Source: an uncultured Cytophagia bacterium (lineage in GTDB: Bacteria > Zhuqueibacterota > Zhuqueibacteria > Thermofontimicrobiales > Thermofontimicrobiaceae). Taken from it: a stretch of 64,000 nucleotides of DNA. Below are positions 30,965 through 40,845 of this stretch, piece after piece. Position 1 is the stretch's first letter; the number at the start of each line of letters is the position of its first letter. A program made the translations under genes and the position numbers. The stretch lies in the NCBI GenBank assembly GCA_964647995.1, contig CAZYNP010000004.1, forward strand, positions 124,422 through 188,421, read 5' to 3'. The notes below the pieces were generated by a model that was given only the letters and a program-made list of their open reading frames with translations, was not told where the DNA came from and ran no database searches.

Positions 30965-31807
30965 ATGGCCAGCACCAATCTGCTGCCACCAATGACCGCT
31001 ATTCGCATGGTCTGGGCTCAGACAGGGAAATTTTCCAATGACGAACAATCACGCGAAACCGCAACCCTGGTCGACGCCAGCCTGAAGGATATCATCGATC
31101 AGGCGGAAGGCGATGAGAAAAAGTACATTACCAGCGCTGTCGCCACTATGAACGCATGTCTGCGCAGCCTGGATATCGTCTATAAAGGCCGGGAACTCAA
31201 TTTTCAAGAGAATGAAAAGCTCCGGTTGGCATACCTGGAGTCCATCAAAGAGAGCCTGACCTTTGGCGAAAAAGCCAAAGACTTTATGCAATCCATCCCC
31301 ACGATGACCATCAGTGCGGCTGGCGGTCTGACCATTGGCCAGCTTATGGGCGTCCCGCCGATTACGCTGACGGGGATTGCGCTGGTTTTGGCTGCCGCCG
31401 GTTATCTGTTCAATCGCTTGATAGTCAAACGCGCACGACGCAAAAGCCAACTGCTCTATATCGCCCAGGACTATGAGCGCAGCCTATATTACAATCATTA
31501 TGTTTCGCGCGTTTCTTCCATTTTGACCTCGCTCTATCTGGACCTTGATCGCATTCACAAGAATATTTTTCAAACCTCCTATCCCATCGATGGCATCGAG
31601 CTGAGCAAAATGATCAAAGAATTGCTGGATGGCGTGCGGCCCTCATTCTGCCCGTATATTCATAAACACATATTGGAAAAAAAGATCACCCCGGAAATTT
31701 GGGCAACCTGCGAAACCGGTGGCAAAGAGGCTATCAAATATTGTCCCCATTGGAACTACGAAACTGGGGTGAATAAACTAAAAGCGGTAGTAGAAAAACG
31801 GGTCTGA
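30965..31807 (+). CDS. hypothetical protein with a central double TM hairpin and a Cys/His-rich C-terminus
   Basis: 280 aa. Hydrophobic stretch PTMTISAAGGLTIGQLMGVPPITLTGIALVLAAAGYLF, then C-terminal SFCPYIHKH...WATCETGG...KYCPHWNYE. No family recognised. Confidence 0.55.
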   Translation: MASTNLLPPMTAIRMVWAQTGKFSNDEQSRETATLVDASLKDIIDQAEGDEKKYITSAVATMNACLRSLDIVYKGRELNFQENEKLRLAYLESIKESLTFGEKAKDFMQSIPTMTISAAGGLTIGQLMGVPPITLTGIALVLAAAGYLFNRLIVKRARRKSQLLYIAQDYERSLYYNHYVSRVSSILTSLYLDLDRIHKNIFQTSYPIDGIELSKMIKELLDGVRPSFCPYIHKHILEKKITPEIWATCETGGKEAIKYCPHWNYETGVNKLKAVVEKRV

Positions 31808-31870
31808 TATCTTTGTGCTATCTACTGACAATTGATTTTTCCAAAACACTATTGAAAGGAAAAAACGAAG

Positions 31871-33595
31871 ATGACAGATCAAATTCGGCATGTTGTCATC
31901 ATTGACATTGACGGCTTGCGCCGCGATGTACTTTATAATACGCTGGCCGAGGACAGCCTGCGCGATGAGACCAACAAGCGTTTGCCCAACCTATCACGAA
32001 TTGTCGGCCAACTCAGCCTGGAAAAAATCACCTCACCCGACGCCATTGCAGTGTTTGGTGATTACGATGTGTCGCAGAGCGAATCCATTGTCGTCAATCG
32101 CTGCGTCACTGCTTTTCCATCCTATACCTACCCCTGCCAGACATCCATTTTCACCGGTCTTTTTCCCAAACACCATGGCATCACCGCCAATTTTCATTTC
32201 GACCGCAGGGGGCAATCGCTGGGAGCCAAAGGCAAAACCGAAAACTACTCCAAATTTGAAGCGCTGAGCTTTTTTATAAACGAAGGCAGCGGCAGCCGCA
32301 TGATGAACAAAGGCACCCAGACCATCTACGATTACTTGCATGAACAGTACAAATGCGCCGTTTGCTACAACCTTTTCGTGTCACAAGATAAAGCGGCCGT
32401 AAACCACATCGTCGGCGTTTTCCCCTGGCGTCTGCCCTGGCGCTTCGATGGCGCCGATCCCAAAGCCATCGATTGGATTATTCCCAATATTTTCAACCAG
32501 ACACAATTCCTCACTGAACGTGCGGCGGATGGCATCGGCGACTATCGCGAAAATTTCGATGAGGAAATGATGGATGATGCCATTCGCTACTTAGAAGATT
32601 TTGTGCGACACAAGCATGCGCCGCCCAATCTATTCACCCTCTATTTTGGAGGGCACGATCACCAGGCACACATCAATTTACGGGGCGCATTGCAGGATCA
32701 TGGCGATATCATTGCCCAGCGAGACTACCTGATCAACACTGTCGATACCCAATTGGGACGCTTCTTGAAAACCTGGGCTAACTTATCCAAATTTGAGCCG
32801 CTCAATGACACACTATTCGTCATCTGTTCGGATCATGGCCATACCGGCGCTGAATTGAACGATGCCAAACGAATCACACGTGCCGAAATGAAAGCGCTGT
32901 TGAAACGCTGCGGCTATGATATATTGGGCAAAGGGGAATTTGGGGAAATTGAATCATCCTGCAATGCCATTATTACGATCACCGCAGCCGCCGCTCAAAT
33001 CTATATTCGTAGAGGCATCTTTGGTTATCGAACACGGGGTGAAAAAATCGATTGGCCAGAACAACCAACCTTCAAAGACCTGCGCGAATTGTTGCAGCAA
33101 CTCAGCCAGGCCAATCAGGCGACTCCCAGCGGCAGCAATTTTTTAGCCGATGCCCTGGATTATATTCTATTCAAAGATTATGAAAAAAATGCTTATCAGA
33201 TCTACCACTACGATCACCATCGGGCTGCTGATCGCATCGCCGCGCTGACCTCCAATTTTGGTAAAGAAAAAGGATACATTTTAGCTCAGGACCGACTGCA
33301 AGAGATGTACGGTGACAATAGCGGCGACATTATTTTATTGATCAACTATCAACAGGACTTTCGGTTTGAAAAAAGTCATCGCATGCGATCGACCCATGGC
33401 AGCTTGTTGCCCAGCGATTCCTATGTACCCTTGATTTTTGCCACACCGTTCAACCGCAAGCTGCTGAAAAAAGCCGCCGCGGGTAGCTATCCCAAAGGCG
33501 TCATCCAGCAGGCACGAATTTATGACATCACGCCGACCATTGTTGGTCGATTCGGAATCCATCCGGCTAATCTGGATGGGAAGGAACTCTTTTAG
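31871..33595 (+). CDS. type I phosphodiesterase / nucleotide pyrophosphatase (alkaline-phosphatase superfamily)
   Basis: 574 aa, VVIIDIDGLRRD...YPCQTSIFTGLFPKHHGI...ICSDHGHT, with metal-ligand and catalytic-nucleophile motifs of PF01663-type enzymes. Confidence 0.7.
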   Translation: MTDQIRHVVIIDIDGLRRDVLYNTLAEDSLRDETNKRLPNLSRIVGQLSLEKITSPDAIAVFGDYDVSQSESIVVNRCVTAFPSYTYPCQTSIFTGLFPKHHGITANFHFDRRGQSLGAKGKTENYSKFEALSFFINEGSGSRMMNKGTQTIYDYLHEQYKCAVCYNLFVSQDKAAVNHIVGVFPWRLPWRFDGADPKAIDWIIPNIFNQTQFLTERAADGIGDYRENFDEEMMDDAIRYLEDFVRHKHAPPNLFTLYFGGHDHQAHINLRGALQDHGDIIAQRDYLINTVDTQLGRFLKTWANLSKFEPLNDTLFVICSDHGHTGAELNDAKRITRAEMKALLKRCGYDILGKGEFGEIESSCNAIITITAAAAQIYIRRGIFGYRTRGEKIDWPEQPTFKDLRELLQQLSQANQATPSGSNFLADALDYILFKDYEKNAYQIYHYDHHRAADRIAALTSNFGKEKGYILAQDRLQEMYGDNSGDIILLINYQQDFRFEKSHRMRSTHGSLLPSDSYVPLIFATPFNRKLLKKAAAGSYPKGVIQQARIYDITPTIVGRFGIHPANLDGKELF

Positions 33596-33612
33596 CTGCA
33601 AGGGGAATACCA

Positions 33613-34221
33613 ATGCCACCTTCAAAATTATCGTTAGAATTGAACCTGGACCTGGCCAGCCTCTCATGGCCGCAAAAGATCGAATTGCCTTACTTTGAGG
33701 GCGAAATGGGCGGCTTTCATTATTCACAGCATCCCACGGATCCCCTGAGCATCGAAGCGATCGAATTGGGCATTGCCGCCGCTAACCGGCTGCGCCTGTC
33801 GCTGCGGGGCACCGGCCGACTGAACGTGAACAATGCGCCAGATCTTCGCATTGGGGGCACCAAACTGCAATTGGAGGCCACGCTAATTTTAGCGAATGGC
33901 CGGCTGCAACTGACGCAGCCGGAACTGGTAAAATTGGATCTGCCCAACCTGCCCCCTTTTGGCGACAATATGCTTCGCGCCATCTTCAATCGGCATCTGA
34001 TCGCAGCATTAACTGAGAATCTAACCATCGATCTGCAGAGCATTCTGGATAAAATTCAGGCCGATCTGAACCAGCCCATCCCGCTGATCGCCTCGCCAAA
34101 TCAATTTTGGCTCCGGCTCAACTTGGACACAGTGACGCCGGAAATTCAGATTGGCCACGAAGGAATTTCGGTCATACTCAATTTAACTCTCCATCCGGCC
34201 GTTAGCCGGGAATGGACATAG
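33613..34221 (+). CDS. hypothetical protein
   Basis: 202-aa ORF starting 17 nt after the phosphodiesterase gene. No recognisable motifs. Confidence 0.45.
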   Translation: MPPSKLSLELNLDLASLSWPQKIELPYFEGEMGGFHYSQHPTDPLSIEAIELGIAAANRLRLSLRGTGRLNVNNAPDLRIGGTKLQLEATLILANGRLQLTQPELVKLDLPNLPPFGDNMLRAIFNRHLIAALTENLTIDLQSILDKIQADLNQPIPLIASPNQFWLRLNLDTVTPEIQIGHEGISVILNLTLHPAVSREWT

Positions 34222-34240
34222 CTATTCAGCCCAAAGCTGA

Positions 34241-35131
34241 CTATGGTTTTGGCGATTGGCGGGATACGGTGGCTGCTGGCGTGACGGCTTTCATTTGATA
34301 GAGCACAATGCCATCGCAAACTGGAGTGAGGATATGCTTTTTTCGCTTGCGCGTGTACCGATAGAAATCTTCGCGCACCACGCGGCGGGTATATTTGGAA
34401 GCATGGACAAAATCTTTCCCGTCGATCAGGATGCCCTCATGCCCGACAATGATTCCACTTTTGAACAATTCCTTTGGTATCACCGCAACCCCACAGACCG
34501 CTGGCAGTTGCTGCAACAGTTCGCGCGTAATATGCGCTTTGGGGAGATATGCCAGTTCCACCTTCTTTTCCCAATCGATTGGTAGAAAATGGGTGCCGTC
34601 TTCCTGCCGGTTCAGGACCAGCCGCACAGTGTCCAGCCTGGTGGGATCAGCCACGGCTGAGGTTATTATTTCGAAATAAGGCGAGGTAAGCAGTCGATCC
34701 GAGGTGAAATGAATGCGGTTGCGATACGAAATCGGGTTTTGTCCAACGGACGGCGGATAGTAGTTCAAAAAAGTCATCAGCGACTCGGCCTCATGATAAC
34801 TTTGGGCACTGGCCAGCGCCATCGTGGTTAAAACGAACGCGGTGCAGTTGGTTTTATCGAGGCGGAAGATCGGTGCCGGTTCGATGCCACTGCCCTCGCC
34901 GATGGCTTGCCAATCGAATGGCGTTCCCAGCCGTGCCAGAGCAATCAGCCGAATCCGGTCTTCGAATTGCGGCTGTTCTCGCTGCAGGGTCTGTAACAAT
35001 TGATCGATTTCCTGAATCGAGAGCTGCTGCAAATTTTTATGAAGGTGCAGGGAATTGGAGGAATTTTTCATTGCGGACGCGGGAGCGAACAGATACATCA
35101 TTCCAGCGATCAACCATACAAATCTACCCAT
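34241..35131 (-). CDS. DUF1460-like putative amidase/transglutaminase-fold protein
   Basis: 296 aa with a signal peptide. DKTNCTAFVLTTMALA resembles the catalytic-Cys region of DUF1460/NlpC-like proteins. Assignment is tentative. Confidence 0.45.
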   Translation of the reverse strand: MGRFVWLIAGMMYLFAPASAMKNSSNSLHLHKNLQQLSIQEIDQLLQTLQREQPQFEDRIRLIALARLGTPFDWQAIGEGSGIEPAPIFRLDKTNCTAFVLTTMALASAQSYHEAESLMTFLNYYPPSVGQNPISYRNRIHFTSDRLLTSPYFEIITSAVADPTRLDTVRLVLNRQEDGTHFLPIDWEKKVELAYLPKAHITRELLQQLPAVCGVAVIPKELFKSGIIVGHEGILIDGKDFVHASKYTRRVVREDFYRYTRKRKKHILTPVCDGIVLYQMKAVTPAATVSRQSPKP

Positions 35132-35165
35132 AACGTCTCAAACTTTTCGAATTCAGAAACAAAAA

Positions 35166-35190
35166 ACCCATCGGTTCGCGATGGGTTTGA
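35166..35190 (-). terminator. intrinsic terminator after tRNA-Pro
   Basis: Minus strand: caaacccatcgcgaaccgatggg followed by tttttt. Confidence 0.55.
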
Positions 35191-35199
35191 CAAATTTGC

Positions 35200-35277
35200 T
35201 GGTCGGGGCGCCGAGATTTGAACTCGGGACCTCCTGCTCCCAAAGCAGGCGCGCTACCCGGACTGCGCTACGCCCCG
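35200..35277 (-). tRNA. tRNA-Pro (anticodon TGG)
   Basis: Reverse complement is CGGGGCGTAGCGCAGTCCGGGTAGCGCGCCTGCTTTGGGAGCAGGAGGTCCCGAGTTCAAATCTCGGCGCCCCGACCA. It has a 7-bp acceptor stem, D loop, anticodon loop TTTGGGA, T-loop GTTCAAATC and an encoded CCA. Confidence 0.9.
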
Positions 35278-35439
35278 GGCGTGAAACCGAAAAAATATAA
35301 TGTATTTCGTGGCCAAATGCAAGACTTTTTTTGAAGCATCCTTATGACCAAATCTTTGCCAACCACTTCCAGTCCTGATCAAATCAGCACGGTCTTGATC
35401 GAGATCGGTAGCTTTCACAGGCATTTCAGCAATGGCTGA

Positions 35440-36042
35440 TCATTGCTGTGAGCTTGCAAGCCACTGCTCTAAAATGACGCGTGCCTTTTGCAGTGCCAGC
35501 CCGCGATGACTGATATCATTTTTGAGGGCCAAGGGCATTTCAGCAAAAGTTTGTCCCAGTTTGGGGACATAAAACACTGGATCATAGCCGAATCCACCCT
35601 GGCCCCGCCTTTCTTCGCTAATAATTCCCTCACAGACCCCTTCGACAACCTGCTCCATCGTCGGACTTACTAACGCCACGACACAGCGGAAGCGTGCGGT
35701 TCGTTGCTGGCGGGGAACGCCGTTCAGCCGTTGCAACAATTTTTCGACATTGTCATCGTAGGTCGCATCCGGACCGGCAAACCGACTGGAATAAACGCCA
35801 GGCGCACCACCCAAAAAATCCACCTCTAATCCCGTGTCATCGGCCAGACAGAGCAGTTGAGTATAATCACATACCGCACGAGCTTTTTTTATGGCATTTT
35901 CGGCCACCGTTTGACCATCTTCGACCAGGGCCGGAATTTCTGGGAACCGATCGAGGGTTAACATTTCCATGTTCAAGCCCTCCAGTGCGGCCCGGATTTC
36001 ATTTATCTTGTCAGCATTGCGTGTGGCCAGAACCAGCTTCAA
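35440..36042 (-). CDS. rdgB: non-canonical purine NTP pyrophosphatase (RdgB/HAM1)
   Basis: 200 aa, MKLVLATRNADKINEI...GFGYDPVF...SHRG, the HAM1 signature. Confidence 0.9.
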   Translation of the reverse strand: MKLVLATRNADKINEIRAALEGLNMEMLTLDRFPEIPALVEDGQTVAENAIKKARAVCDYTQLLCLADDTGLEVDFLGGAPGVYSSRFAGPDATYDDNVEKLLQRLNGVPRQQRTARFRCVVALVSPTMEQVVEGVCEGIISEERRGQGGFGYDPVFYVPKLGQTFAEMPLALKNDISHRGLALQKARVILEQWLASSQQ

Positions 36043-36127
36043 TCTATCCTCTTCGTTGGCAAAATATCTTTCACTTCATTGGGGTCGGCTTGCAATCAAA
36101 AGCAATTGCACTGCCGTGATGGCTTCA

Positions 36128-36325
36128 TTAAGCGTATACTTCTTTCTCGTTGCACTTGCAAACGAGAACAAATTTCTCCTTAAAGCGCCAGGTAGTGGCA
36201 TTTTTCTCGGAATCCACCAGTTTGATAACCGTGGCCACTTCGCCGCATTTGGGGCACTGCCTGGATTTGAGAGCTTCTTTGGTTCCTTTGGCAAGTTTTG
36301 CTACAAAACTTCGATCTTTCGCCAT
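36128..36325 (-). CDS. small zinc-ribbon protein
   Basis: 65 aa with CPKCG...CKC. Uncharacterised. Confidence 0.45.
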   Translation of the reverse strand: MAKDRSFVAKLAKGTKEALKSRQCPKCGEVATVIKLVDSEKNATTWRFKEKFVLVCKCNEKEVYA

Positions 36326-36500
36326 AATGATTCTCCGTTCAAAATTACAATCATCATCGTTCCTAATTTTAGCCCACTAATTTAACAAAAAATATGAAAA
36401 AGTCAATCAAAATTTCTAACGTCCTCGAATCGCTAATGAAATTCTGGGATATTTTCTTGCAGTAGATGTCGAACCAGCAACGCAGCAAGTTACGCTAAGG

Positions 36501-37730
36501 CTATCGAGGCGACGCCTGTTGCAGTTGGCTCTTGAGACTGCGAATCTCGTTCTCCATCTGAATCATGCGTGAGTTCATCTGCTGGAATCGAGTCGGAGAG
36601 AGAATTATCGGATATGGTGGAACGGTCTCGCTACTGGGACTTACTGGCCGGGAGGCAAGCTGTCGAGGCTTTTGGGCATTAAAACCGAGCGGCCACTTTT
36701 TTTCGATGCAGGGAAAAACTTTGAGCTGACGATTGTCACGGCTAAAATTTATGGACACGTGGGTTCCGGGCTTGGTTTGCTCGATCAATGTCCGGGCGAT
36801 GTCGATCGTGGCCAGGTCAGATTCATTAAATTGGAGCAAGCGATCGCCTTTTTTCAAGCCGACGCGTGCAGCAGGTGATCCCACTTTCACATCTTTGACC
36901 ACCAGACTGTTATTGCGAATGGAATCCGGATCGAATTCGACGCCCAACCAGCCTTTTTGCTCCCGATGCATCTGAATAACTTCATTCACCATCTGCCTGA
37001 CTTGATTGATGGGCAATGCCATGCCGGTCTGCCCCCCATAATCGAGATATTTGGGTGCCAAAGTGGCGGCATCGGTCTCCAATTGGGCGGTGACAATCCC
37101 AATAATCTCCCCTTTGATATTGAAAACAGGACCGCCAATGTTCCCGGGATTTACCGGTGCCGAGAAAATAAAAATGCCGTCGGCCGTGTAGCCATTGATC
37201 AAGCCAAACGAGGCAAACGGCGAAATCCCCATCGAATTACCTAATACCATGACCAATGAATACAGCAACACCTTGTCCGAATCACCAATGGTAGCAGGCG
37301 TTATATTTTCAGCCGCAATTTTCAGTACCGCCAGACCGGTGGCTTCGTGAACGCCGATATATTCGGCATTAAATTCCCGACCGTCCCACACGGTGACCCG
37401 GATGCTTTCAAATTCTGCCAGAATACTACCGCGTGTAATTATGTAGCCATCCGCATTGTAAATAATTCCGGAGCCAACGGTCCAGAGGTTATCCTTCTTT
37501 TCCTGGCGATTATCTTTCAAAAACGAGAGTAATCCCTCATCTCGATCGATCACATACGAATGCGATGATTTGGCGGAAACCGTGACCACCGACAATTTGG
37601 TGAGATCGATCAGCGCTGAAATTTCTCCCTGCATTTTTTCCAACATCGAAACATTTTGGGAAAAAGTGGGCGAGACCAAATTCGCGACCGCAATGATATT
37701 AACGAAGACCACGATAATCAGCTTTTTCAT
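36501..37730 (-). CDS. HtrA-like trypsin-fold + PDZ protein with all three catalytic residues substituted (predicted pseudo-protease)
   Basis: 409 aa with a signal peptide. Aligned to the intact HtrA at 7296-8501: TNEHVV is ITRGSIL here (His to Ser), DIALLKI is GLAVLKI (Asp to Gly), and GNSGGP is GNIGGP (Ser to Ile). The PDZ region is retained. Confidence 0.75.
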   Translation of the reverse strand: MKKLIIVVFVNIIAVANLVSPTFSQNVSMLEKMQGEISALIDLTKLSVVTVSAKSSHSYVIDRDEGLLSFLKDNRQEKKDNLWTVGSGIIYNADGYIITRGSILAEFESIRVTVWDGREFNAEYIGVHEATGLAVLKIAAENITPATIGDSDKVLLYSLVMVLGNSMGISPFASFGLINGYTADGIFIFSAPVNPGNIGGPVFNIKGEIIGIVTAQLETDAATLAPKYLDYGGQTGMALPINQVRQMVNEVIQMHREQKGWLGVEFDPDSIRNNSLVVKDVKVGSPAARVGLKKGDRLLQFNESDLATIDIARTLIEQTKPGTHVSINFSRDNRQLKVFPCIEKKWPLGFNAQKPRQLASRPVSPSSETVPPYPIILSPTRFQQMNSRMIQMENEIRSLKSQLQQASPR

Positions 37731-37880
37731 ACCAATCTGCAGGTTACTCTATATATAGCCTAAACCCTGAGTTAATGAAGCAGTACCAAAGCAGCACATA
37801 CATTAACCCAGGGTTTAGAAAATTATGTTAAGCATTCGCGTTCATTGAACATTTGAAGAATATAACAATCATTAGTGACA

Positions 37881-38483
37881 TCAATAGACGATTTCCGCTC
37901 TTCTCTCGATCGTACCGGTGCGGGTGGCGATGGATCGGCTGGAGTCTGCCGGCAAACGTTGATCAAACTGCTGATAGGCGCCAGCGCTGACCTGCACAGG
38001 ATTCTGGGTGGTTATACGGGTAGCAGGTTGCTTTTCGAGCATATAAAAAATGACATTCACTGAGTCGACCTGCTGGTAACGACCGCCATAATATTCGGGA
38101 TTGACGTAAGCATCAGGAGGATACAGTTGACGTTGCCGGTTCAATTGCGAAAAGATGGTGAACACCGCCAGCACGATCAGCGTCATAGCCACGGCATAAG
38201 CTGGTACGCGAAACTTCCAGGAAGCAAAAAAACGATCGTGTTGTCGACGTGCCAGGCCATTTTCCAGTCGGATGCGGGCGCGCAAAATGGTATCAAAATC
38301 GGGTGATACCGCGACCTGAGGCAATGCCTTCAATTCCGAGATCAGGTTGCGCAGTTCCTTCGTCGTGCTGCTACAGCGGACACACTCGTTGAAGTGATAT
38401 TCCATCTCCTGCTTGCTCTGCGGGTCAAGCCCTCCCTCGATATAGTCAGACATCAACTCTTTGAACCGTTGACAACTATCCAT
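37881..38483 (-). CDS. zf-HC2 anti-sigma factor (single-pass membrane)
   Basis: 200 aa. N-terminal zinc motif CQRFKELMSDYIEGGL...HFNECVRC (HxxxCxxC) and one TM helix (VPAYAVAMTLIVLAVFTIF). Sits directly downstream of the ECF sigma gene. Confidence 0.65.
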   Translation of the reverse strand: MDSCQRFKELMSDYIEGGLDPQSKQEMEYHFNECVRCSSTTKELRNLISELKALPQVAVSPDFDTILRARIRLENGLARRQHDRFFASWKFRVPAYAVAMTLIVLAVFTIFSQLNRQRQLYPPDAYVNPEYYGGRYQQVDSVNVIFYMLEKQPATRITTQNPVQVSAGAYQQFDQRLPADSSRSIATRTGTIERRAEIVY

Positions 38484-38631
38484 TTTCTTTCCTCAAGATT
38501 TTGATTTAGGGTTCTAATAATTTCTATTTCAATATCATCAATATGCCAGAATCTCCTGGCACAACCAATTCACCTGTTACTTAGATACCCTCACCTCAGC
38601 AGCATTTTCCATCATCTAAAAGGATCGAATG

Positions 38632-39216
38632 CTAACGCTCTAAGAGACTTTTCAACCGCTCTTGCAATTTCAGTCGACCGCGATTGACTCGCGACTTCAC
38701 TGTCCCCAGCGGAATATCAACTATCTGACTGATTTCTTCATAAGAAAGCTGTTGCACATCCCGGAGCAAGATAACCTCCCGGAACTTAGGAGAAAGGTCA
38801 TTAATCTCGCGATGAATGATTTCCTCTTTCATGCGACTATCGACATCTTTTTCGGGATTGAACGCTTCATCCGAGATGTCATAATCTTTCTCATTATATC
38901 CCAGGTCTGATATCGAAAAAAATTTCCTCCTTTTCCGTTTTCTGAGTTCTGTTTTGGCTAAATTACCAGCAATGGTATAAATCCACGTAGAAAACTTGGC
39001 AACTTTCTGGTACGCCCTTCGATTACGATAAACTCGAAGAAACGTCTCTTGAACCAGATCCTCGGCTTCCTCGGCATTGCCGAGAAAACGGTATACAAAA
39101 TTCATCAGTTGGTTCTTATAGCGTTTGACAATTAAGTCAAAGGCATATAAATCGCCATTCTGGAATCGTTCAATTAAATCTTCGTCTGTAGGTTTTACAC
39201 CCTTTTCTTCTTCCAT
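38632..39216 (-). CDS. ECF-type RNA polymerase sigma factor (sigma-70 family)
   Basis: 194 aa with region 2 (DLVQETFLRVYRN...FSTWIYTIAGNLA) and region 4 (SYEEISQIVDIPLGTVKSRVNRGRLKL). Confidence 0.9.
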   Translation of the reverse strand: MEEEKGVKPTDEDLIERFQNGDLYAFDLIVKRYKNQLMNFVYRFLGNAEEAEDLVQETFLRVYRNRRAYQKVAKFSTWIYTIAGNLAKTELRKRKRRKFFSISDLGYNEKDYDISDEAFNPEKDVDSRMKEEIIHREINDLSPKFREVILLRDVQQLSYEEISQIVDIPLGTVKSRVNRGRLKLQERLKSLLER

Positions 39217-39290
39217 TCGCTTAACCTACCAAAGTTTTTAACACAGTCCTAGAATCAAAAGTTCCCGAACATTGCAACTTGAAAAAATTG

Positions 39291-40316
39291 TCAACGATGA
39301 ATGAGTTTATAAAGCAACAGTTCCATAACCAGCGGACTACGCATATAGCCTGTCTTTAGATGATAATCGGCCTCGCTTAAGCAATGAAATGACGCTCTCA
39401 GTTGTTCTGGCGTAAAGTTCTTTACCTGCCGCAGCAAATCATTTACAAAGTAATTGGCAAGTCCGGTCACCTTCGCCAGCTCAGCGGGTGTTCGTTTTCC
39501 CTGCGCCACACACTCGCGCACCTTGAGCAAATTGACAAAATGCCGCACGAGTTGAATGACTATGCCCGTAGGTTCATCGCCTTGCTGGAGCAAATGCTGC
39601 AAAATTGTTATCCCCCGTGCCAGATGCCGCTCACCTATCGCATTGCAGAGCTCGAACACATTGAATTGTTTGGAAATGCTGGAGACGCTTTCGACATCGG
39701 CGACGGTGATGCGGTTGCGTGGCAGAATATTGATCTGGATCTTTTCTAATTCATTCACCAGGTTTTGCAAAGAATTGCCGATCTGCGCCTGCAGCAATGT
39801 CATCGCCGGAGCCTCGATCTCCAGCTTTCTGACTTTTAAATAATTTTGAACCCATCCCACGACTTCGCTATCGTATAGCTGGCGACAATCAATTGCTGTC
39901 GTCTGGGCCGCCAACGTCGACAGCGTCTTGTTCGAGCGCAATTTCTCCGCCATGGTCATTATCAAGCAGGAGGTTGCCGACGGGCTGGAAATATAATTCA
40001 GTAAATGTTTCAAATCCGCCGGTTTGAAATCCTGGATTTCCTTGATTATGACCAATCTTCGGCTGTCCATCATCGGGTACGAGCGAACCACCTGGATCAC
40101 CCGCTCGATTTCGACATCATTGGCATAAAATAAGTCCAAATTGAAATCGCGTGTGGATGGATTGACCGCGATTTTTATGATGCGACCGATCAGATCATCG
40201 TGGAGATATTTTTCTTCACCGAAAATAAAATAGTTGTTCGCCAGCACGCCGCTGTTGAGTTGTTCGACCGCGGCGGCGTACGTAAGCGCATTTTTTGTCG
40301 ATTGCAGTGGTGGCAT
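39291..40316 (-). CDS. holA: DNA polymerase III subunit delta
   Basis: 341 aa with a clamp-loader delta-like N-terminus (YFIFGEEKYLHDDLIGRI) and overall architecture consistent with HolA. Confidence 0.75.
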   Translation of the reverse strand: MPPLQSTKNALTYAAAVEQLNSGVLANNYFIFGEEKYLHDDLIGRIIKIAVNPSTRDFNLDLFYANDVEIERVIQVVRSYPMMDSRRLVIIKEIQDFKPADLKHLLNYISSPSATSCLIMTMAEKLRSNKTLSTLAAQTTAIDCRQLYDSEVVGWVQNYLKVRKLEIEAPAMTLLQAQIGNSLQNLVNELEKIQINILPRNRITVADVESVSSISKQFNVFELCNAIGERHLARGITILQHLLQQGDEPTGIVIQLVRHFVNLLKVRECVAQGKRTPAELAKVTGLANYFVNDLLRQVKNFTPEQLRASFHCLSEADYHLKTGYMRSPLVMELLLYKLIHR

Positions 40317-40845
40317 ATTATCTTCTTAAACTCGCTCGGTAGCACCTCCAAACGCCTACCGTAATAGATGCGGCTGGCCATCGAATGGTGCGATTCCATC
40401 CCAAACCATGAATACCTGATAGCTGGTTTTTTGCTGCTTAACATTCAGACGCGTCAGCGGTGATAACAAGATCGGTCCAATCTAATTGTTGGTCATTGGA
40501 AGCCAATCGGGACACGCCAGCCCCGAAACAATTCAAGCATCACCGGTGGCTCCTCCCGCCGCTGCGAATCGGGATCATTTTATTAGTTAACTTTTCAGGG
40601 CTAATATAGGTTATTTGTGGGAATATTGCAAGAAAAAAAACTGATCTGATCAATCCTCAGGCCACTCTAAATTTACGGGGCAGTTGGTCAAGAACTATTG
40701 GTCAATCCGTCAAATGAGAGGAAACGGCTATCCCCGGCCCATTCATCTTCCTCGGCGCTGCCCCAATTCGCCTGGCGTCAATACTACGGCGCAAATTTTC
40801 GAGCCAATTTTCGCACCCCAAAAGCTCCGTCGCACCAAAATCGAT

